This document shows, piece after piece, positions 58,477 to 64,000 of a DNA stretch of 64,000 nt (its first letter is position 1; the number at the start of each line of letters is the position of its first letter). The translations under genes were made by a program, and so were the position numbers. Source of the stretch: a virus; IMG/VR virus record IMGVR_UViG_3300032293_001706, positions 96,001 through 160,000 of that record. One strand, 5' to 3'. The notes beneath the pieces are model-generated. The model did not search any database and was not told where the DNA came from. It was given only the letters and a program-made list of their open reading frames with translations.

Positions 58477-58740
58477 ATGACAATGTGGGATAATGCTCAT
58501 TTTTTTCTTTTTAATCTAAAAGAAGGCGAAGGATATAATGATGTAATTTGTACAAAAAGAACCGCAAAAAAAATATATTTATCAAATGGACTTATTGTTA
58601 GGTATAAAAAAGTAAATAATTTTTTTTATCTAACATCATCATCCGTTAAAGTAGGTCATCGTAGTTATGATAGAATTAACCAAATTTTAAGGGATATTGA
58701 GGGTTTTTTAATTTATAAAATGCATTGTAACATTTGGTAA
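58477..58740 (+). CDS. Hypothetical protein, 87 aa
   Basis: Has its own promoter-like motif; plausible early gene. Confidence 0.55.
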   Translation: MTMWDNAHFFLFNLKEGEGYNDVICTKRTAKKIYLSNGLIVRYKKVNNFFYLTSSSVKVGHRSYDRINQILRDIEGFLIYKMHCNIW

Positions 58741-58764
58741 ATAAAAAAAATAGTAGTATCTTTG
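58733..58764 (+). promoter_or_regulatory. Full Bacteroidota sigma70-type promoter
   Basis: TTTG (58733-36), 20-nt spacer, TATCTTTG (58757-64); matches TTTG-N19-21-TAnnTTTG. Confidence 0.7.
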
Positions 58765-58771
58765 TATTGTT

Positions 58772-58903
58772 ATGGAACAGAAAGATTGGAAACAGGGAAT
58801 GTCAAATGGACACATAGCTCAAATAGTTCGTAGAAAGAATGTAATGAGGGTGGTACAGTCCAAAAAAGTGTACAACAGAAAGAAAGAACAGAAAAACTGG
58901 TAA
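58772..58903 (+). CDS. Small basic peptide, 43 aa (missing from the ORF track)
   Basis: MEQKDWKQGMSNGHIAQIVRRKNVMRVVQSKKVYNRKKEQKNW*, bracketed by a consensus promoter and a terminator. Confidence 0.6.
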   Translation: MEQKDWKQGMSNGHIAQIVRRKNVMRVVQSKKVYNRKKEQKNW

Positions 58904-58945
58904 CCCCAAAAAAAAACTGTTCCATATCTGTAACACGACGAAAAT

Positions 58946-58978
58946 AAAGAGGACCAAAAGTCCTCTTTTTCTTTTTTG
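58946..58978 (+). terminator. Rho-independent terminator
   Basis: AAAGAGGAC-CAAAA-GTCCTCTTT 9-bp stem followed by TTCTTTTTTG. Confidence 0.75.
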
Positions 58979-58981
58979 TTA

Positions 58982-58988
58982 TATTTAT
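58982..58988 (+). promoter_or_regulatory. TATTTAT putative late promoter
   Basis: Upstream of the ATG at 59007. Confidence 0.55.
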
Positions 58989-59006
58989 CATTAACAAGAC
59001 CTTTAA

Positions 59007-60206
59007 ATGGAAGAAGAAATTATATTTGAATTGTTAGATGATTTTACATCTGGTGGGAAGTTATATTATGATGATGAATATAAGTCAATATGGATGATAA
59101 ATCCAGATACAAAACAATGGATATTTGAATTCAAAAAAACAGGAACTTTATGGTATTCTTATCCGGTTTTTACCAAAATTTTTAAATACGTTTCGATGGA
59201 TTATCCTGATTTTAACCCGTATATTAAAAAGTGGGTTGAAAGAATCCTTCAAAAGGAGGCTAAAAACACCCAATCAATGGGGGGTCAGGAGACATTTTGG
59301 GTTGAAAGAATCCTTCAAAAGGAGGTTAAAAACACCATTGAACTTAATGGCTCAGCCGCCCCAACGGTTGAAAGAATCCTTCAGCAAGATAATAATTTAG
59401 ACTTAAATGAAAACATTAATGAAAGTGAAGAATCCCCATTAGTTGATGAAGAAATTATATTTGAATTATTAGATGATTTTACATCTGATGGGAAGCTATA
59501 TTATGATGATAAAACGGAATCCATATGGATGATAAATCCAGATACAAAAGAATGGATATTTGAATTCGAAAAATCAGGAGATTTATGGTATCATTATAAA
59601 GTTTTTGAAAGTATTTTTAAATACATTTCGATGGAATATCCTGATTTTGAACCATACATAACAAAGTGGGCTGAAAGAATCCTCCAAAAGGAGGTTAAAG
59701 ACACCGCAAACTCGTATTGGGTGCTGCCGATGGCCGCTGAAAGAATCCTTCAAAAGGAGATTAAAGACACCATTTTTGTGCAACATCTGCAAAACTCTGG
59801 AGTTGAAAGAATCCTTCAACAAGATAATAATTTAGACTTAAATGAAAACATTAATGATGGCGAAGAACCATCATCAGTTGATGAAGAAATTATATTTGAG
59901 TTGTTAGATGATTTTACTAATGATTATGATAAGTATCAATCTTATAATGGAGATACTTTTCTTATTAATCCTAATAAGAAAGATTGGTTAATAGAAATAG
60001 ATGAAGAAAACTATTTATGGTATAACAAAGATATATTTGTAAAAATTTTCAAATACGTTTCGATGGAATACCCTGATTTTGAACCATATATAACAAAGTG
60101 GGTTGAAAAAAAAATTAACATTAAAATTAAAGAAACTTATGATATTTTCTGGGGTAGAGGGGGTAAAATAATAGATGTAATTACAAATGGATTTAAAGAA
60201 ACATAA
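59007..60206 (+). CDS. Three-module protein containing two in-frame CRISPR-like arrays (399 aa)
   Basis: Three copies of an EEIIFELLDDFT...KW domain. Copies 1 and 2 are followed by (VERILQKEVKDT+10 aa)n; linkers read QDNNLDLNENIN. Confidence 0.7.
   Translation: MEEEIIFELLDDFTSGGKLYYDDEYKSIWMINPDTKQWIFEFKKTGTLWYSYPVFTKIFKYVSMDYPDFNPYIKKWVERILQKEAKNTQSMGGQETFWVERILQKEVKNTIELNGSAAPTVERILQQDNNLDLNENINESEESPLVDEEIIFELLDDFTSDGKLYYDDKTESIWMINPDTKEWIFEFEKSGDLWYHYKVFESIFKYISMEYPDFEPYITKWAERILQKEVKDTANSYWVLPMAAERILQKEIKDTIFVQHLQNSGVERILQQDNNLDLNENINDGEEPSSVDEEIIFELLDDFTNDYDKYQSYNGDTFLINPNKKDWLIEIDEENYLWYNKDIFVKIFKYVSMEYPDFEPYITKWVEKKINIKIKETYDIFWGRGGKIIDVITNGFKET
59235..59383. CRISPR. CRISPR-like mini-array A1 (2 full repeats, 1 partial, 2 spacers)
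   Basis: Repeats GTTGAAAGAATCCTTCAAAAGGAGG(C/T)TAAAAACACC at 59235 and 59301, partial at 59367. Spacers CAATCAATGGGGGGTCAGGAGACATTTTGG and ATTGAACTTAATGGCTCAGCCGCCCCAACG. Confidence 0.65.
59670..59818. CRISPR. CRISPR-like mini-array A2 (2 full repeats, 1 partial, 2 spacers)
   Basis: 36-nt repeats at 59670 and 59736, partial at 59802. Spacers GCAAACTCGTATTGGGTGCTGCCGATGGCC and ATTTTTGTGCAACATCTGCAAAACTCTGGA. Confidence 0.65.
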
Positions 60207-60217
60207 TGAGAAAAAAA

Positions 60218-60249
60218 GTTGGTTATGTTAAAAAATTGGCCTATATTTG
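60218..60249 (+). promoter_or_regulatory. Bacteroidota sigma70-type promoter with no downstream ORF
   Basis: GTTG (60218-21), N20, TATATTTG (60242-49). Confidence 0.6.
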
Positions 60250-60254
60250 TAATA

Positions 60255-60426
60255 GGAAATCGATGAAAAAAGTCCAAAGGTTTTGAGGACATAAAAATAA
60301 AAAACCTGATTGGAAAGGTTGAAGGTAACCCTCCCAATGAACCCGAAAGAAAATCTTCTTAGCAAGTCTACCGCGAACTAGAGTTAGACAAAAAAAGAGG
60401 GCCAAAAGTCCTCTTTTTCTTTTTTG
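60255..60426 (+). ncRNA. Candidate structured small RNA (~170 nt)
   Basis: Lies between a promoter and a terminator, with only a 7-codon ORF after its first ATG. Stems GTCC/GGAC (60272/60287), ATTGG..GGTT/AACC..CCAAT (60309-60338) and GTCTA/TAGAC (60366/60385). Confidence 0.45.
60392..60426 (+). terminator. Rho-independent terminator (paralog of 58946)
   Basis: AAAAAGAGGGC-CAAAA-GTCCTCTTTTT followed by CTTTTTTG. An A-to-G change relative to the first copy keeps pairing as G-U. Confidence 0.75.
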
Positions 60427-60429
60427 TTA

Positions 60430-60436
60430 TATTTAT
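60430..60436 (+). promoter_or_regulatory. TATTTAT putative late promoter
   Basis: Upstream of the ATG at 60455, in the same context as 58982. Confidence 0.55.
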
Positions 60437-60454
60437 AAGTAATAAGACCTTTAA

Positions 60455-61528
60455 ATGGAAGAAGAAATTATATTTGAGTTATTAGATGATTTTACATCTG
60501 ATGGAAAGTTATATTATGATGATGAATATGACTCCATATGGATGATAAATCCAAAAACAAAAAAATGGATATTTGAATTCGAAAAATCAGGAAATTTATG
60601 GTATTCTTATTCAATTTTTAACAAAATTTTTAAATACGTATCGATGGAATTCCCTGATTTTGAACCATACATAACAAAGTGGGCTGAAAGAATCCTCCAA
60701 AAAGAGGTTAAAGACACCTTTCATGGTCTTCGAAACTTTCCCGCTCCAGTTGAAAGAATCCTTCAAAAAGAGGTTAAAGACACCCGGATGGACAGCTATA
60801 CATCAACAGCGGTGGTTGAAAGAATCCTTCAAAAAGAGGTTAAAGACACCTCATCCAGTTCGCTTTTCTTAGGGAAGGTGGTTGAAAGAATCCTTCAAAA
60901 AGAGGTTAAAGACACCGAACATTTTGAAGAGCGTTTCATTGAAGTGGTTGAAAGAATCCTTCAAAAAGATAATAGTTTGGATTTAAATGAAAGTTCACCG
61001 ATTAAATTAATCCAATTATTTAAAGAAGTTTTAATTGAAGGTCAAATAGATGGAACATTAGTTAATAAAACTTATGATGGTTATAATGTTAAATTTATTT
61101 TATCTAAACATGCCGATGAAAGAAGAAATAGAGTTGATAATTATTCAGAAATAACATATGAAGAACTAATATCCGCAATTGAGGAAGCAATTCCTAAGAT
61201 TGTTGATAAAGCGTTTAAAACACATAAACGAAATATTGTAGGACCTGTTAACAATGGAATGATATATATTAGAGATAGTAAGACAGGACAATTAAATAAA
61301 AAAGACGCTCAAGAGTTTTTCATCTACAAAAAAGAATCAGAATTACAAATTAAATGTAAGGTTTTAAATTTTGATAAAAATAAGGGTTATATTGAAATTA
61401 TAATAAAAACTTTAATGAAAAGTCGTACAGATAAATTAAATATGAACGACCCGAAAAGAAACACCCTGTATTTAAATATTTTTGAAAACATTAATAACTT
61501 TGAGAATTATTTTATAATAGAAATATAA
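60455..61528 (+). CDS. Paralog with one conserved domain, an in-frame CRISPR-like array and a distinct C-terminal domain (357 aa)
   Basis: MEEEIIFELLDDFTSDG...KW, then (VERILQKEVKDT+10 aa)x4, the linker LDLNES, and a C-domain with SKHADERRNR. Confidence 0.7.
   Translation: MEEEIIFELLDDFTSDGKLYYDDEYDSIWMINPKTKKWIFEFEKSGNLWYSYSIFNKIFKYVSMEFPDFEPYITKWAERILQKEVKDTFHGLRNFPAPVERILQKEVKDTRMDSYTSTAVVERILQKEVKDTSSSSLFLGKVVERILQKEVKDTEHFEERFIEVVERILQKDNSLDLNESSPIKLIQLFKEVLIEGQIDGTLVNKTYDGYNVKFILSKHADERRNRVDNYSEITYEELISAIEEAIPKIVDKAFKTHKRNIVGPVNNGMIYIRDSKTGQLNKKDAQEFFIYKKESELQIKCKVLNFDKNKGYIEIIIKTLMKSRTDKLNMNDPKRNTLYLNIFENINNFENYFIIEI
60683..60967. CRISPR. CRISPR-like mini-array B (4 full repeats, 1 partial, 4 spacers)
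   Basis: GTTGAAAGAATCCTTCAAAAAGAGGTTAAAGACACC at 60749, 60815 and 60881, a GCTG/CTCC variant at 60683, partial at 60947. Spacers TTTCATGGTCTTCGAAACTTTCCCGCTCCA, CGGATGGACAGCTATACATCAACAGCGGTG, TCATCCAGTTCGCTTTTCTTAGGGAAGGTG and GAACATTTTGAAGAGCGTTTCATTGAAGTG. Confidence 0.72.
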
Positions 61529-61599
61529 TTATTTACTACTATTTAAATAATGTTAAATTATTTTTATAGATTTAAGAAATCTGTAAAATTTTTAACAAA

Positions 61600-62208
61600 A
61601 TGGATAAAAAAATTGCAAAATTAAAAAATTCCCCAAAAGTGTTGGGACTCGACATCAGCACAAAAGTTATCGGATTCGCTTTATTCGACATTCAAAGTAA
61701 AAAACTTCTCGAATTAACACACTTTTCGCCTGTAATCAAACCACAACCTGAAGATAAAATAGAGGAGATGATTTTGAAGGTAAACGCCTTTATCAAAAAA
61801 CTTCAAGATTACAAAGATATGGGAATTACTAAAGTTATTATTGAGGAACCATTGTTAGGTTCAAATAACGTTCATACGGTTGGAACATTAATGAGATATA
61901 ATGCAATGATAACAAAATCAATACATGATGCATTGAATATCGTGCCAAATTATATCTCAACATATAATTCAAGAAAGTATGCTTGGCCACAACTTATGAG
62001 TAAAAACGACAAAAATAGGGAAACTCTATTTGGTGGTTATCCTAAAGATATTGACAAAAAACAAGTGGTTTGGGAACTTGTTTCAAAAGAAGAACCACAA
62101 ATAGTTTGGTTGTATACGAAAAACATGACATTAAAAAAAGAATGTTTTGACCAAGCTGACGCATATACCTGTGTCAGGGGGTATATGAAAATGAATTCTT
62201 TTTGGTGA
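61600..62208 (+). CDS. ruvC: RuvC-like Holliday junction resolvase
   Basis: VLGLDISTKVIGFA, VIIEEP and DQADA catalytic motifs; 202 aa. Confidence 0.75.
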   Translation: MDKKIAKLKNSPKVLGLDISTKVIGFALFDIQSKKLLELTHFSPVIKPQPEDKIEEMILKVNAFIKKLQDYKDMGITKVIIEEPLLGSNNVHTVGTLMRYNAMITKSIHDALNIVPNYISTYNSRKYAWPQLMSKNDKNRETLFGGYPKDIDKKQVVWELVSKEEPQIVWLYTKNMTLKKECFDQADAYTCVRGYMKMNSFW

Positions 62209-62239
62209 TTTGATATCAAGATTTTTTTTATTATCTTTC
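62209..62239 (+). promoter_or_regulatory. Near-consensus Bacteroidota promoter
   Basis: TTTG (62209-12), N19, TATCTTTC (62232-39), upstream of the primase GTG. Confidence 0.45.
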
Positions 62240-62244
62240 TTAAA

Positions 62245-63168
62245 GTGGAAGATAACGCAATTTTAGTTGAACTTATTGAAGGTGTTTTTGGTAAAATAAG
62301 GAAACATTACCCAAACCACGGACAATTAAGTGTTGATTGTCCTGTATGTTCATATGATATAAAAGGTTTAGATAAACTTGATGGTAAGGGCAACTTAGAG
62401 ATTAATTATGCGGAGCATGTTTTTAAATGTTGGGCTTGTGGAGAATCAAATAACACACAAGGACATTTGGGATATCTTATTGATAGATATGGGAAAAAGA
62501 AAGACAAAGACCTATATAAATTAATTAGACCAGATGAATTCATAAGAACAGAAAAGAAATATGACAAATTAAAACTACCGAAAGATTTCAAATTAGCAAC
62601 CGACGGGAACAAATATCATATCCCGTTTAGGGAAATGAGGAATTATCTTAAAAGTAGAGGGATAACAGATGAAATGATTAAAAAACATAACATTGGTTAT
62701 TCTTTGGAAGGTGAATATGCATTTAGGGTTATCATCCCATCTTATGATAAAAATGGGGAATTAAATTATTTTACAGGTAGGTCATGGAATCCAAAATCAA
62801 AATTAAAATATAAAAACCCTGAAGCTGAGAAACAAATAGTTATCTTTAATGAAAATCTAATTGATTGGGAAAAAGACATATATATCTGTGAAGGACCATT
62901 CGATTCACTTTTTTTGGAAAACTCAATTGCTCTTCTCGGTAAAAAATTATCTGATACCTTGTTTACTGAATTGTATGAAAAAACGAAGAAGGATATAATT
63001 ATTGTTTTGGATTCTGATGCTTGGGAAGATTCCAAAAAAATATACTTTAATTTAAGTGGCGGAAAATTATATGGGAGAATTAAAGTTGTTAAACTTCCTG
63101 AAGGAAAGGACATTGCGGATTTAAGAGGTAATATACTACCTGAATACTTTATACAATTAGAAAAATGA
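62245..63168 (+). CDS. dnaG: DNA primase (zinc finger plus TOPRIM)
   Basis: CPVC..CWAC zinc ribbon, YLKSRG, RVIIPSYD, FTGRSW, ICEGPFD and LDSDA motifs. Confidence 0.85.
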   Translation: MEDNAILVELIEGVFGKIRKHYPNHGQLSVDCPVCSYDIKGLDKLDGKGNLEINYAEHVFKCWACGESNNTQGHLGYLIDRYGKKKDKDLYKLIRPDEFIRTEKKYDKLKLPKDFKLATDGNKYHIPFREMRNYLKSRGITDEMIKKHNIGYSLEGEYAFRVIIPSYDKNGELNYFTGRSWNPKSKLKYKNPEAEKQIVIFNENLIDWEKDIYICEGPFDSLFLENSIALLGKKLSDTLFTELYEKTKKDIIIVLDSDAWEDSKKIYFNLSGGKLYGRIKVVKLPEGKDIADLRGNILPEYFIQLEK

Positions 63169-63947
63169 TGGAAACAATAATAGAATTATCAAAATTTAAC
63201 GATGTTAAATATTTTGACGGACCACACAAATATTATGTAGGAACAAAAGAATATGTTTCGGCGACAACCTTTATTGGGAAATACAAGGCAAAATTTCAAA
63301 CACAATTATTGGCTGAAAAATATGCTGAAAAAAGAGGATTAGACGTTAACGAGGTAATTGCAGAATGGGAATTAAAGAAAGACATATCAACGGTAAAAGG
63401 AACTCTTCTTCATAATATGGCTGAGAATTGGTGGAATAATAAATCATTTCCATACGATTCATCATTAGTTATTAAAAAATTTGGTTATGACATAATCGAA
63501 GAGAACTATAGAAAATGTGAAACAATTTTTCATAGATTTTATGAAGATGCAAAACAAAATCTAATACCTGTAAAAATGGAATTGGTTGTTTGTGACCATG
63601 ACTATGAAATTGCCGGAATGGTAGATTGTTTATTCTATAACAAAAAGTCAGGAATGTTGGAGATTTGGGATTATAAAACAAATAAAGAAATTAAAAGTAG
63701 TAACAATTTTGGTAATAAAATGTTACATCCAATTTCCCATCTTGATGAGTGTGAAATGAATACATATTCACTTCAGTTGGGTTTATATAAACATATTATT
63801 CAAAAAAATACAAATTTAAATATTGGTAACTGTTATTTGTTGTGGATAAATGAAAATAACGATACTTATAAGATATTCACTTGTAAGGATTTATATGCTG
63901 AATTAAAATTAATGATAGAAGATTATGAAAATACCAAGAACTCGTAA
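63165..63947 (+). CDS. PD-(D/E)XK (RecB-like) exonuclease
   Basis: KGTLLH, ELVV, IAGMVDCL, IWDYKT and YSLQLGLY motifs; no Cas4 four-cysteine Fe-S pattern. Confidence 0.8.
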   Translation: MMETIIELSKFNDVKYFDGPHKYYVGTKEYVSATTFIGKYKAKFQTQLLAEKYAEKRGLDVNEVIAEWELKKDISTVKGTLLHNMAENWWNNKSFPYDSSLVIKKFGYDIIEENYRKCETIFHRFYEDAKQNLIPVKMELVVCDHDYEIAGMVDCLFYNKKSGMLEIWDYKTNKEIKSSNNFGNKMLHPISHLDECEMNTYSLQLGLYKHIIQKNTNLNIGNCYLLWINENNDTYKIFTCKDLYAELKLMIEDYENTKNS

Positions 63948-64000
63948 AGCAAAACTAAAGAAAAAGAAAAAGTATTTTGAAAAGTACACAAAGACATTAA
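63925..64000 (+). CDS. Possible basic ORF running off the window end
   Basis: MKIPRTRKAKLKKKKKYFEKYTKTL... stays open to the last base. Confidence 0.3.
   Translation, partial: MKIPRTRKAKLKKKKKYFEKYTKTL

Noticed and set aside
59125-59400. Alternate-frame and antisense ORFs over the arrays (also 59583-59822, 58770-58997, 60137-60337)
   Set aside because: They are by-products of repeats or overlap better-supported features, and have no promoter or start context.
60261-60300. Hammerhead ribozyme in the candidate ncRNA (CGATGA...GTCC/GGAC...ATAAA)
   Set aside because: The catalytic core CUGANGA and GAAA is not matched.
59007-61528. Diversity-generating retroelement as the source of variable segments
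   Set aside because: Spacers are unrelated to each other rather than adenine-specific variants of a template, and no reverse transcriptase or template repeat is in the window.
61600-62208. RuvC ORF as a miniature Cas12f/TnpB effector for the arrays
   Set aside because: At 202 aa it has three compact RuvC motifs and no visible REC/WED region or zinc finger, which fits a stand-alone Holliday junction resolvase.
63165-63947. Calling the nuclease Cas4
   Set aside because: It lacks the one-plus-three cysteine Fe-S pattern, and no cas1/cas2 is nearby.
1-64000. Stop-codon reassignment, as seen in some large phages
   Set aside because: Long ORFs tile the window in the standard code, and TGA and TAA stops coincide with ATGA/TAATG gene overlaps.
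1-64000. tRNA, rRNA, integrase or transposase genes
   Set aside because: None were recognisable by eye, and the intergenic gaps are mostly too short. A tRNAscan run would confirm.

Overview
This is a 64-kb segment of a large, AT-rich (roughly 30% GC by eye) contractile-tailed dsDNA phage with T4-superfamily-like modules. It is densely coding, almost all on the + strand, and uses the standard genetic code. From left to right it contains: baseplate/tail-initiation genes (1-8.3 kb); a replication/recombination block (gp32-like SSB, RecA/UvsX, a frameshifted HNH endonuclease with an unannotated RHH gene, a 5'-3' exonuclease, a DnaB-like helicase and a class II B12 ribonucleotide reductase); baseplate wedge genes (gp25-, gp6- and gp7-like); a long run of fibre/adhesin genes (SprB repeats, LamG domains, Pro-Thr and Ser-Gly tracts); a six-gene glycosylation cluster; and RuvC, primase and a PD-(D/E)XK nuclease. 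TAnnTTTG promoters, SprB repeats and the lack of Shine-Dalgarno motifs point to a Bacteroidota host. A TATTTAT motif precedes many genes and is probably the late promoter. The most striking feature is at 59.0-61.5 kb. Three CRISPR-like mini-arrays (36-nt hairpin repeats, eight unique GC-rich spacers of exactly 30 nt) sit in frame inside two paralogous ORFs, translating as VERILQKEVKDT plus a variable decapeptide. Each array follows a copy of a conserved ~76-aa domain. A candidate structured ncRNA lies between the two genes, and no cas genes are present in the window. All family assignments come from recognising motifs by eye, without database searches.
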